DNA from: a virus
Strand: one strand, 5' to 3'
IMG/VR virus record: IMGVR_UViG_3300018465_000004
Coordinates: 93,019-137,600 of that record
DNA length: 44,582 nt
The notes beneath the pieces were generated by a model. The model was not told where the DNA came from. It saw only the letters and a list, made by a program, of their open reading frames with translations, and ran no database searches. Below are positions 36,301 through 44,582 of the stretch, one piece after another (position 1 is the first letter of the stretch; every line of letters starts with the position of its first letter). The position numbers and the translations under genes were made by a program.

Positions 36301-38974
36301 CTTCTCGGCCGGATTCGCGGAACTGTTCGCCGCTTTCGAGCCGTACTTCGACTGGGTCCTCACCGGCCTGGAGAACATGGCCGATGGGTTCCGACGGTGG
36401 GCGGCGAGCCTGGAGACCTCGGATGCATTCCGGGAGTTCATGGACTACGCCAAGCGCGAAGGACCGCGCGTCCTGGAGACCGTTGGCGCGCTGGTGAGCC
36501 TCATCATCGACCTCGGAAAGGCACTGGCGCCGGCCGGTGAGTTCGGCCTGTTCCTGATCCGGGTGTTCGCCGAGCTGCTCGACGCCATCCCGACCGACGC
36601 CCTTCAGGCCGTCACCATCATTCTCACCGGATGGCTTGCCCTGCGCGGCGCGGTACTGATCCTCAACCTGCTCGCCGCCGGACTGGCCCTGGTTGGCCGG
36701 GCAGCCCTGGCCATGCGCCTCAACATCGCCGCAGCGGCGGTGTCGATGGTCGGGCTGTCCGTTGGCGCCCATCGAGCACGGACGGGCCTGACGGCGCTGC
36801 AAGTCACTGCGGCAGCCACCCGAGCCGCGATGATCGGCCTGGGCCTCATCGCGGTCGGCCTGCTCGCTGTGTGGTCGGCGATGAGCGAGTCGCAGGCCCG
36901 TGCGCGGCGCGCCACCGAAGAGCACAGAGACGCCGTGATCGGGCTGGCACACGAGCTTCAAGCCAGTGACGGCGTAGCCACCAACCAGCTGCGGCAGGAG
37001 AAGCTGCGCGGATTCGCCACCAACAAGGTCGAGCCACGCACGGGCTGGCTGCCGTGGAACCGCGACAAGAACCTCGCATTCCAGAAGGACTCCACGACCG
37101 TCCTGGAAGAGTCCAAGATTGCCGGCGTCGACACCGGAACCCTCATCGAGGGAGCTGTCGGCGACGACAAGGCACGAAACGACGCCATCGCTAAGTGGCA
37201 GGCGTTCATCGCCAAGCTCAAGGAAGAGCGCGACAAGGCGATGCCGAACAGCGTGCGACGCAACGAGCTGACAGGCCAGATCGCCGAATCCCAGCGGGCA
37301 CTGGACGCCTACAAGAACCAGACCGCGTCGGCGAAGGATCTGGCCGAGGCCAACGCCGACCTCGACGCGGCGACCTCGCGGACAGCGGACGGGATGGACG
37401 CCGAGGCCGCCGCTGCTGAGCGGCTACGCAAGACCCTTGACCAGCTCACCGAGACCACCAAGGAGCAGGACCGCATCCAGGCCGCCATCGACGCCCGGCA
37501 GCGCTATCTGGACCTGGTGGAGCAGCAATCCGACGCGGAACGCGATCTGGGCCGATTGAAGGAGGACGTAGCCCTCAACAATGAGCGCGCGCTTCTGCGC
37601 GAGGAGCGGGCTGAGCTGAACCTTGTTGAGGCCCAGCGCCGCGCCAAGGAAAGCCAGGAGGCCGTCAACCGCGCCCGCGAAACAGCTGCTCTCAAATTGG
37701 AGGAATACCGCGACCGGCTCCGCGATGTGGCCCTCAATGAGGAGCAGGCGTCCATCTCTCTCGCACGGGCTGAGGAGAATTTGCGCCGGGTCATGAACGA
37801 CCCCGGCTCCAGCCAGCTCGACCGTCGACAGGCCCTTCTTGATCTTCAAAGAGCCAAGAACGACTGGACGGACCAGCTTGAAGAAAACCAGCTCACCCGC
37901 ATCGATGCTGGTCGCGCGATTGACAAGGGGGTCGAGGGCAGCGACGAGGTATTGCAAGCGATCCGCGACCGTGACCAGGCGACCCGCGATCTGCGGGACG
38001 CTGAGCGGGAGCTGAAAGACGCCCAACGCGACCGGATCCGGACCGAGCAGGACGGCAAAGAGGCCCTCGAAGACGCCCAACGCGAGTTCGGCGAGCTGGC
38101 CACCGAGGTCTCCAAGGCTCGTGAGCAGGTCGAGAAGCTGACGGCTGCGGCCAACCTGACCCCCGCCAGCCTCGACGCGATGATCAAGAAGCACCAGGAG
38201 CTGCGCGACCAGCTGGCCAAGGAACTGTCCACCAAGGGACTGGACGACTTCGAGGCCAGGCTCAAGACGCTGCTGAAGTACCAGCGCGCCACCCAGCTCG
38301 TCGCCAGCAACCCGAACATGACCATTGACCAGGCACTGAAGGCCGCCGAAAAGGAGTTCAACGCCGAAGCCCGGCGTCGCTCCGAGTTCGAGCGCCGCAC
38401 CGGCGAGGCATACGCCTCCGGCGGCCCGGTCCGTGGGCGCGGCACCGGGACATCCGACGAAATCCCCGCCTGGTTGTCAGCGGGCGAACACGTATGGACC
38501 GCCGCCGAAACCGTAGCCATCGGCGGGCACCGTGTTGTCGAGACCCTCCGGGGCGCCGCCAAGGCCGGCAAGTTCACCGAGAAGGACGTCATGTCCTTCT
38601 TCTCCGGGGCCGCGCAGACCTTCGCCACTGGCGGGTACCAGGGCAAGCCGCTGTCCGGAGGCCAGTACTTCGACCCCGCCACCGGGAAGTGGAAGTGGGC
38701 TCCCGGCGCCCGCGGCATCGGGCACTTCGAAGCGGCGCAACTGTCCAAGCGGTACATCCCGGAGATCCCCACCGGCGGCCTCACCGACACCGCCCGCGGC
38801 ACGTACCAGCCCACCATCTCCGCCGGCTCGGTTAAGCAGAGCTACGCCGGCACCAGTGCCGGCGGGGGCGGGATGTCCATCGGTCAGATCACCATCAACA
38901 ACCCCGTCGTCGAGCCGGCCGGCGAGTCGCTCTACCGCGCTGTCCGCAAGCTCACCTTCGAGTACGAGAGCTGA
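33332..38974 (+). CDS. Tape measure protein
   Basis: 1880 aa; helical and Ala-rich with hydrophobic segments; C-terminal YASGGPVRGRGTGTSDEIPAWLSAGEHV motif. Confidence 0.93.
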   Translation: MADRVQRVIYRVIIDTSTLAADAARARAIIQALRDEENRQPTRNTTASRLSEDLNRARKELKALQDEDNRYTAQAVRNAEQIRNARKKIADAERDIAAQRSRAVSTGGDTDVPGAAGAGRTPSRGGVERNYHPQLNTIIVQLQRLNSTLDRFGRAGQLGGTAGGVARELPRAAESAGEERRRPAAAPARASDQTARPARMPRRPEERLPVPTPEQDRPKPPVPPRPPIEPIGSFQQLTIPGLKRADLHDASQRIFLQREALRTEAEDAENRIRANAAARAAAGRDDQSRPKPPRITQPGLFSVDEADPEGAAQRRERRAAARDRARVARAITEALTAAREAADLARAETRDDSQRDPFSGVRPDDLRDVPTSPEFRRQAVTDAEADRRERKRVEAERKAHQRRLDLAHREALAFERAEQRRAEAAERAAQRGAAAAERAAQRKAAAEEKAEQRAIAAAKKELEAQERATRKAAEAQERADRRAQAAEERAAEARARIRAQEERAVEAAARRRYESQQREIERARLAHLQAIADDQGQSLFGRRGVRAADFRPNLPTDDDGRTLPLAASPGRVSRDELRARNERRAAEERERRARRFLGDTTGGAETHQEQGDLLDVLREVEEETGRIAQTRRHHTAAVRDENRELSGQLNLLDELARVQRGFRRPDSDPWPTRTWTPGTDQDQMNRLTAAMDRVRAATNRATVAQRDHNRTRTYAAQQVAQQTAALNTSTQSVNTNTTSTNNNTQSQVNNQRAIARAAQAARTRAARIAQALRRRATPGAPGQPGPSPLSRAARGAVSGVQGLASGIGAVANALTASSLGRWRYWQVLLAAILAILVLLIPLVVSATAAIGALASAGVVAFAGLAVFALAAVGNVKKLTEAIKEAQRTGARLPAQYQAAGRAFDGLSDAYRKFQAETRQPVFGTLIDAMGIATRMLPRLVPIAAAVGAGIRQALGVLDDAFSSGGFDEFLALISRTAPGVIVSLTRSVASFSAGFAELFAAFEPYFDWVLTGLENMADGFRRWAASLETSDAFREFMDYAKREGPRVLETVGALVSLIIDLGKALAPAGEFGLFLIRVFAELLDAIPTDALQAVTIILTGWLALRGAVLILNLLAAGLALVGRAALAMRLNIAAAAVSMVGLSVGAHRARTGLTALQVTAAATRAAMIGLGLIAVGLLAVWSAMSESQARARRATEEHRDAVIGLAHELQASDGVATNQLRQEKLRGFATNKVEPRTGWLPWNRDKNLAFQKDSTTVLEESKIAGVDTGTLIEGAVGDDKARNDAIAKWQAFIAKLKEERDKAMPNSVRRNELTGQIAESQRALDAYKNQTASAKDLAEANADLDAATSRTADGMDAEAAAAERLRKTLDQLTETTKEQDRIQAAIDARQRYLDLVEQQSDAERDLGRLKEDVALNNERALLREERAELNLVEAQRRAKESQEAVNRARETAALKLEEYRDRLRDVALNEEQASISLARAEENLRRVMNDPGSSQLDRRQALLDLQRAKNDWTDQLEENQLTRIDAGRAIDKGVEGSDEVLQAIRDRDQATRDLRDAERELKDAQRDRIRTEQDGKEALEDAQREFGELATEVSKAREQVEKLTAAANLTPASLDAMIKKHQELRDQLAKELSTKGLDDFEARLKTLLKYQRATQLVASNPNMTIDQALKAAEKEFNAEARRRSEFERRTGEAYASGGPVRGRGTGTSDEIPAWLSAGEHVWTAAETVAIGGHRVVETLRGAAKAGKFTEKDVMSFFSGAAQTFATGGYQGKPLSGGQYFDPATGKWKWAPGARGIGHFEAAQLSKRYIPEIPTGGLTDTARGTYQPTISAGSVKQSYAGTSAGGGGMSIGQITINNPVVEPAGESLYRAVRKLTFEYES

Positions 38975-38979
38975 CCGGG

Positions 38980-39852
38980 ATGGCCAACAACACCGACGAA
39001 TACTGGGAGATCGACGGGGTCTCCCTGCACCAGTACGGCTGGAGCGTGTCGACCCTGTCCGGCACCCGCTTGTCCGTACCGCCACTGCGCGGTGCCGACC
39101 GGCAGTTCGCCTTCGTCGCGGGGGAGGAGTTCCGACCCAAGGTCCCCGGCCCGAAGGTCATCACCCTCAACATGTGGCTCACCGGCTCAGACCCCGCCAC
39201 CGGCATACCCGCTGAGGATCAGCGCCGCGCATGGAACGACAACTGGCAGCGGCTGCGCACGCTCATGTGGACCCCGACCCGGCAGTTCACGCTGACGCGG
39301 CGTTTGTTGCTGTCCGATGAGGACGGCGACCCCTACGTCCAGACCACCACCACGCTTGGCCAGTACCTGGGAGGGCTCGAACCGGGTATGACCGGTCGGA
39401 CCCGGGCCACCTTCTCGGTCGACGTCAAGCTGACCCACCCGTTCTTCTACGGCACCCAGCAGACCCACACGATCGACGTCGACGAGACCGCCACCATCAC
39501 CAACCCGGGCGACACCCAGACCTGGGCCAGGCACGTCTATGTCGACCTGGTCGGCCCGTTGGAGAACGCCACGCTGACCAACAGCACCCCGGCCCCGGAC
39601 GTCAGCGTCAGCTACAGCGGTGATGTGAACGACGGGCAGACCGTCACCCTCGATGTCTGGCAGTTCTCTGCCATGGCCGCCGTCGACGAGCCGTCCATCC
39701 CCGAGATCGACAGCCGCAACCGGATCGGACAGATCAGCCACTCCGGCGCCCGGGAGTTCTTCGGGCTGCTCAAAGGCGCCAACAGCATCACCCTGACCGC
39801 CGACTCCGGGACCGGACACGCCGAGCTGCGTTTCCGCCCGCCCTACCTGTAG
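38980..39852 (+). CDS. Distal tail (Dit-like) minor tail protein
   Basis: Follows the tape measure gene; ITNPGD...LVGP..N and LLKGANSI patterns. Confidence 0.75.
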   Translation: MANNTDEYWEIDGVSLHQYGWSVSTLSGTRLSVPPLRGADRQFAFVAGEEFRPKVPGPKVITLNMWLTGSDPATGIPAEDQRRAWNDNWQRLRTLMWTPTRQFTLTRRLLLSDEDGDPYVQTTTTLGQYLGGLEPGMTGRTRATFSVDVKLTHPFFYGTQQTHTIDVDETATITNPGDTQTWARHVYVDLVGPLENATLTNSTPAPDVSVSYSGDVNDGQTVTLDVWQFSAMAAVDEPSIPEIDSRNRIGQISHSGAREFFGLLKGANSITLTADSGTGHAELRFRPPYL

Positions 39853-39860
39853 GAGTTGGC

Positions 39861-40244
39861 GTGGCTGAGCTGACCGACACCCTGGAGTTCTGGCACCCGC
39901 AACGCGACGAGAAGCTCGACGAGAACTACTTCCCGTGGGGCGTCGCCGTCCCGGGCTCCAGCGCCGACCGGGTCTTCCGCGTCCGCAACCTCTCCCACAC
40001 CTACACCGCGGTCGACGTCGTCGTCAGCCTCCAGGAAATGGGCATCGCCGAACCCACCCTGTCGGTGGCCGCCCAGCACTACCTGTCGGTCGACGGACGC
40101 ACCTTCGCCGCCACCGCGGCGCTCGGCAGTCTCGCACCCCGCGCGGTCTCCGACCGGATCACCCTGCGCCGGGTCACCGCGCTGGACGCCGACCCCGGCT
40201 TCGGCGACTTCCAACTCCTCGCCCACCCCACCGAGTGGAACTGA
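39861..40244 (+). CDS. Minor tail protein
   Basis: AGGAG RBS; position. Confidence 0.6.
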   Translation: MAELTDTLEFWHPQRDEKLDENYFPWGVAVPGSSADRVFRVRNLSHTYTAVDVVVSLQEMGIAEPTLSVAAQHYLSVDGRTFAATAALGSLAPRAVSDRITLRRVTALDADPGFGDFQLLAHPTEWN

Positions 40245-40257
40245 GAAAGGAACCGAC

Positions 40258-40692
40258 GTGGCCGTCACCGCCACGCCCTACGGGCAGTCGTTCAAAAGCC
40301 TCGGCCTTGGAAGGTTCGACTTCACGACGCACACCTTCAAGCTGCTGCTCACCACCTCCAGCTACACCCCGACCTTCGACCTCGACGAGTTCCGCGACGA
40401 TGTCACCAACGAGGTCACCGGCACCGGCTACACCGCCGGAGGAGCGACGCTGGCCGGGCTGAGCTGGGTCTACGACGCCGCCAACGACCGGTGCCAGCTC
40501 AGCTGTGACCCGGTCACCTGGACCTCGGCGACCTTCACGGCCCGGCGAGGGGTCATCTACCGCTCAACCGGAACCGCTGCCACCGACCCGCTGCTGTCCT
40601 GGGTGGACTTCGGCGCCAACGCCAGCCCGTCCGGGATCGACTTCACCCTCACCTTCCCGAACGGCATCTACCGGCTCAAGCTGCCCGCCTAA
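40258..40692 (+). CDS. Minor tail protein
   Basis: FKLLL...NEVTGTGYTAGG motif common in phage minor tail proteins. Confidence 0.7.
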   Translation: MAVTATPYGQSFKSLGLGRFDFTTHTFKLLLTTSSYTPTFDLDEFRDDVTNEVTGTGYTAGGATLAGLSWVYDAANDRCQLSCDPVTWTSATFTARRGVIYRSTGTAATDPLLSWVDFGANASPSGIDFTLTFPNGIYRLKLPA

Positions 40693-40708
40693 AGAGACCG
40701 GGGGCGCG

Positions 40709-42127
40709 ATGACCACGAAATTCAACACCGCCGCCGGTGCGCCCGGGGAAGGTGTCGCAGCATCCACGGCCAACACCGGCGGTGCATCGGGTGACGCTTT
40801 CGATCATCTTTACCTCACCGACGGCAGTGTCGTCTTCACCGAGGCGCTCGGCGTGTGGAGTTACCACCACACCACCGACATTGGCGGGTGGGCAGCCACC
40901 CAGTACGCCTTCGCCGACACCGTTCGCGCCGCCGGACGCTTCGACGTCTACCTCACTGCCTATCCCGATGAGGAGGCCGGCTTCCCTGCTGGCTCGATGA
41001 ACCTGGCCACCGTTTACACCGAAGAGGGCCAGTGCGACATCTACGTTCTCAACGACGGTCGAGTCCTGCTCACCGACAGCGAGAGCGACACGGTCGCCCT
41101 GTCCACCGAAGTTCTGCCGTTGAGCCAGTGGGCGGCAGTCGAGTGGGACCTGGTCTTCGACGCTGTCGGCACCTATGAGCTGCGGATATACACCGATGCG
41201 GCCGGCAGCGTCGATGAGACCCTGTCCGGACCTGAGACCTGGTCCCGTGGCGCGGACACCATGCACAGCACCGCGTTCGGGACCGCTGCCGCAGGCGAGG
41301 AGGTCTCCTACTACCTGCGCAACGTCGGCGCCTCGGACAGCGAGATCCCGGCCAGGCCGCCGGATGCGTTCGTCATCCCGCCCGCCCTGGTCGACGTCGA
41401 GACGCCAGCGCCGCTGGTCGGGGTCGCGGTCCCGGTCGTCAACGTGGACGTCGTCGTCTTCGCTCCGAAGCTCATCGACGCGAGCGTCGCCCTGGTCGCA
41501 CCGGCCGACGACTACCTGCTGCCGACAGTGCTGCCCACCTTCACCATCACCGTCGCCAGCGACACCCCGGCATTGACCGCGCAGATCCAGTACGACACCG
41601 ACGAGGACTTCACCGCGCCGACCACCCTCACCGTCGCCGTACCCGCAGGGCTGTCGGTCAACCGGGCATCGGTCAAGGCGAGCGTCGCGTTGGATGACGA
41701 CACCACCTACTTTTGGCGCGCCCGCGCCGTCAACGACTTCGACGTTGCGGACTGGACCCCACCGTTCACGTTCGCGACGTCCACATTCGACGGTGACGCC
41801 CTCGCCGGCGGGAGCTGGACGGTCAGCACCGACACGGTGCCCTACCCGCACGTCTGGTTCCTCTACCCCGCCCGCGGCCGGGTCGGAGATCTGGTTACCG
41901 CGGTGGGCACCGGGCTCGGCCCCACCGTTGTCACGGCCACCGTCGGCGGGGCTGACGCGCCGGTCGACAGCTTCACCTCTGTCGCCGCCGACGGGGACGC
42001 CTACACCGCCGACCGGATCATCAGCGCCGACACCGGCCGGGCCAGCCCCGACCACCAGCGCGTCGTCTTCGAGATCCCAGCCGACGCCGTGTCACCCGGC
42101 GGAGTCGTCTACCTGGACGGGAGCTGA
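40709..42127 (+). CDS. Minor tail protein with beta-sandwich, Fn3 and IPT-like domains
   Basis: TTYFWRARA (Fn3-like) and P.RG.VGD.VTAVGTGLG (IPT-like); ATG at 40709. Confidence 0.7.
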   Translation: MTTKFNTAAGAPGEGVAASTANTGGASGDAFDHLYLTDGSVVFTEALGVWSYHHTTDIGGWAATQYAFADTVRAAGRFDVYLTAYPDEEAGFPAGSMNLATVYTEEGQCDIYVLNDGRVLLTDSESDTVALSTEVLPLSQWAAVEWDLVFDAVGTYELRIYTDAAGSVDETLSGPETWSRGADTMHSTAFGTAAAGEEVSYYLRNVGASDSEIPARPPDAFVIPPALVDVETPAPLVGVAVPVVNVDVVVFAPKLIDASVALVAPADDYLLPTVLPTFTITVASDTPALTAQIQYDTDEDFTAPTTLTVAVPAGLSVNRASVKASVALDDDTTYFWRARAVNDFDVADWTPPFTFATSTFDGDALAGGSWTVSTDTVPYPHVWFLYPARGRVGDLVTAVGTGLGPTVVTATVGGADAPVDSFTSVAADGDAYTADRIISADTGRASPDHQRVVFEIPADAVSPGGVVYLDGS

Positions 42128-42130
42128 GCC

Positions 42131-43894
42131 GTGGCACTGTCCAACGGGCTGTACCTCGAAGTCATCGACACCACCCCGCTGCAAAACGTGGGTTGGGAAG
42201 TGCAGGTGGTGTCCACCGCGGACTTCGGCAAACTGTGCACCGGGCAGTCCTACGCCCCGCTGACCATCATCTCCCGCTTCGTCGAAGTCACCATCAGCCC
42301 CGAGATCAGCGGACTCGGCGCCGGCTCCATCACCCTGGACCTCGACGACGACCTGTGGACCCACGACCTGACCGACGGCTCCCCAGCCCGCACCCTGCTG
42401 GAGTACGAGCACCTGTGGCAGGTGTACCAGAACGGGGCGTTGCGCTGGGCGTTCCTCGGCCAGTCCATCGAGGACACCGTCCTGCCCTCCGACGAAGGCC
42501 AGATGCGGGCGGTGGTGATCTCCGGCAAAGGCCCCGGCGACGTGCTGCGCGACGGCCGGGTGATGACCCCGTACTACCCCTACGCCGCACCGCTCAACTC
42601 CACCGACCCGTCGTTCTACGAGTTCCGCCGCATCACCGTCATGGGCGCCTGGCTCTACCTGCTCGCCGAGGCACGCAAGCGCGGCACCCTCCAGTTCATC
42701 TGCCACAGCTTCGACAGGGACCGCGACACCGGCGGCGAGGAGTGGGAAGACAAGCCGCTCCCGATCCCGGACCCGACCTACGTCACCGACGTCCTCCAGG
42801 CCGACGTCAACTTCTTCCCCGACTCCTACGACCTGTCCGACGCGGCCGAGGCCAAGCTCGCCGGCATCTGCGGCGAGTTCAACCACATGCCCGCCCCGCA
42901 GCTGACCATCGTCGGGCACACCGACAGCACCAACACCCACGCCTACAACCAGACCCTGTCGGAGAACCGGGCCAATGCGGTAGCAAACTTCATCCGCGGA
43001 ATCGTCCCGCAGGTCGTCATGAACGTCTCCGGCCGCGGTGAAACCCAGCCCATCGCCACCAACGCCACCGCCCGCGGCCGGGAGTACAACCGGCGGGTCA
43101 CCCTGCGGTATCCGACCGGGCCGAAGCCACCGGTCGAGCCCTACATCGACATGTCAGGCATGCTCGGCATCAACCTGCTCGACCTGCTGGAGGAGTGGAC
43201 CGGCGGCGACGTCGACCAGCCGGCCCCGATCCGGGCCGAGTGGATGATGCGACCCAACTTCGTCCTGGACATCCGCCGCCTCTTCGGCCAGCGCCGCGAC
43301 CGGCAGGTGGTGTTCTACGAGGGCTCCCTGGCCACGGTGTCCAAGCAGCGCTCCCGGCAGCGTTCCGACATCGCCAACCTGATCGCCGTCCAGGACACCC
43401 TGGGCAACTACGCCATCGTCGGTGACACCGCCTCCAAGGCGCGGTGGCGGCAACGGGAGCACTACAGCCGACCGACCGGCACCTTCAGCCCGGAGTCCCT
43501 GACCGCCATCGCCCAGACGATCATGTACCGCGACAAGGACGAACGGGCCACCTGGACCATCAAGGTCGCCCCGGACGCCGAAGGCCGCCGGGTCTTCGAG
43601 GACTACAACCTCGGCGACTGGGTCGGCATCAGCCGCTACCTCGGCGGCCAACCCAACCTGGTCGAGCGGTTCCGGGTGATGGCCATCTCGCTTCGGGTCG
43701 ACGCGGACAACAACGAAGACCTCGAACTGAGCCTGCAAACCAACGCCGAGTTCTACCTGCAACGGCTGCGGATGCGCCTGACCTCGATCCTCAACCACAA
43801 GACTGGCGTCGAGGTGTTCGTCCAGGACGTCGCACCGCCCAACGCGAAGGTCGGCGACCTGTGGACGCTGGCCGCCGATGACATGTACGCCTGA
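42131..43894 (+). CDS. Tail-tip/hub (Tal, ReqiPepy6 gp37-like) protein with an inserted OmpA-C-like domain
   Basis: GAGSITL N-terminus and DYNLGDWV C-terminal hub motifs; internal IVGHTDS...YNQTLSENRANAV...GRGETQPIATN...NRRV. Confidence 0.85.
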   Translation: MALSNGLYLEVIDTTPLQNVGWEVQVVSTADFGKLCTGQSYAPLTIISRFVEVTISPEISGLGAGSITLDLDDDLWTHDLTDGSPARTLLEYEHLWQVYQNGALRWAFLGQSIEDTVLPSDEGQMRAVVISGKGPGDVLRDGRVMTPYYPYAAPLNSTDPSFYEFRRITVMGAWLYLLAEARKRGTLQFICHSFDRDRDTGGEEWEDKPLPIPDPTYVTDVLQADVNFFPDSYDLSDAAEAKLAGICGEFNHMPAPQLTIVGHTDSTNTHAYNQTLSENRANAVANFIRGIVPQVVMNVSGRGETQPIATNATARGREYNRRVTLRYPTGPKPPVEPYIDMSGMLGINLLDLLEEWTGGDVDQPAPIRAEWMMRPNFVLDIRRLFGQRRDRQVVFYEGSLATVSKQRSRQRSDIANLIAVQDTLGNYAIVGDTASKARWRQREHYSRPTGTFSPESLTAIAQTIMYRDKDERATWTIKVAPDAEGRRVFEDYNLGDWVGISRYLGGQPNLVERFRVMAISLRVDADNNEDLELSLQTNAEFYLQRLRMRLTSILNHKTGVEVFVQDVAPPNAKVGDLWTLAADDMYA

Positions 43895-43903
43895 GGAGGT
43901 GCC

Positions 43904-44101
43904 ATGACCTCGCCGTACAACCCGTCCCTGCTGCACGCCCGGCTGCCGGTCGGGTTCCGCCTGGTCGGCACCGCGGCGCAGCCCCTGATGATCCGCGCCT
44001 ACGAGGGATGGCGGGTCTACCCGGGAAGCACCGTGCCGGTCAGGCAGAAGATGCCCGACGGGAGCTGGCTGGACGTGCTGTGGACACCCTCAGTGGGCTG
44101 A
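43904..44101 (+). CDS. Hypothetical protein, 65 aa
   Basis: GAGGAGGT RBS. Confidence 0.7.
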   Translation: MTSPYNPSLLHARLPVGFRLVGTAAQPLMIRAYEGWRVYPGSTVPVRQKMPDGSWLDVLWTPSVG

Positions 44102-44582
44102 GCACCGTCGTCATCAACCTGGCCCGCCGCCCGGACCGGCTGGCCGCCTTCCACACCCGCTGGCGGGCCACCGGGGTCAACCGCACCCCGACCGTCTACC
44201 CCGCCATCGATACCGGCGACGAGGCCGGCTGCCTCGCCAGCCACCTTGCCGTCCTGATGACCTACCCCGGGCCGCTGCTCGTCCTGGAGGACGACTGCTG
44301 CTTCAGCCCGGACTTCACCCTCGACCTGCACCCACCCGCCGACTGGAACGTCCTGTGGCTGGGCGGTCAGCACCGCCTCGTCCCCACCCCCGTCGACGAC
44401 GTCTGGGCCAGACCGAGGTACCTGCTACGCACCCACGCCTACATCACCCGGTACCCCGACCAGCTCGCCGAGGCGCTGCGCACCCACACCCCACCGCGGC
44501 TGGACCCCTACCTGGCGCAGCTTCCGATTCCACAGTACGTGCTCAGGCAGCACACCGCCGGGCAGGTATCCGGCCGCAGCGA
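44080..44582 (+). CDS. Glycosyltransferase family 25-like (3'-truncated)
   Basis: Absent from the ORF track because no stop lies in the window: VINLARRPDR, GCLASH, LVLEDD, WNVLWLG and THAY motifs. Confidence 0.85.
   Translation, partial: MDTLSGLSTVVINLARRPDRLAAFHTRWRATGVNRTPTVYPAIDTGDEAGCLASHLAVLMTYPGPLLVLEDDCCFSPDFTLDLHPPADWNVLWLGGQHRLVPTPVDDVWARPRYLLRTHAYITRYPDQLAEALRTHTPPRLDPYLAQLPIPQYVLRQHTAGQVSGRS

Larger units (their letters stand above)
1..44582 (+). mobile_element. Segment of a tailed phage or prophage (siphovirus-like, high GC, probably actinobacterial host)
   Basis: Canonical order terminase-portal-MuF-protease-capsid-connectors-tail tube-chaperone-tape measure-minor tails; tightly coupled plus-strand genes with ATGA/GTGA overlaps; both ends truncated by the window. 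Confidence 0.97.

Noticed and set aside
1667-42940. Many long minus-strand ORFs (e.g. 13088-15037, 17577-19706, 11483-13003, 35285-36961) and alternate-frame plus-strand ORFs
   Set aside because: These are shadow ORFs expected from high GC3 bias; they lie over motif-bearing genes and encode low-complexity V/G/R/P sequence.
1-44582. CRISPR arrays, tRNA/rRNA genes, integrase/att sites, lysis cassette, tail sheath
   Set aside because: None recognised by eye; intergenic gaps are too short for arrays. Lifestyle (temperate or lytic) cannot be determined from this window.

Overview
This window is a continuous, all-plus-strand segment of a high-GC tailed phage or prophage. It is most likely an actinobacterial siphovirus, because no tail sheath gene is seen; host assignment is inference from GC content, codon usage and gene style. 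The left ~9.6 kb holds replication and auxiliary genes: a partial SbcC/gp46-like ATPase, ThyX, a TIGR03960-type radical SAM enzyme fused to a TIGR03936/DUF2344-like domain, a papain-like protease, DnaX, and an alternating glycosyltransferase/FkbM-methyltransferase cassette. The rest is the virion module: terminase, DUF935 portal, MuF, Mu-like protease/scaffold, decoration protein, lambda-E-like capsid, head fibres, connectors, tail tube, a frameshifted tail chaperone, a 1880-aa tape measure and minor tail proteins. Enzymes are interleaved through the structural module: a ~1310-aa HipA/PI3K-like kinase protein with a small coupled partner, a PAPS-reductase-family gene between the decoration and capsid genes, a purple-acid-phosphatase-type enzyme, and GT4 and GT25 glycosyltransferases. 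The tail-tip protein carries an inserted OmpA-C-like peptidoglycan-binding domain. A CCGAT(A/T/G)N motif resembling the sigma28/WhiG/FliA -10 element recurs at about 11 late-gene boundaries. All family calls come from motif recognition by eye; no database searches were run. No integrase, lysis genes, tRNA or CRISPR array were recognised.
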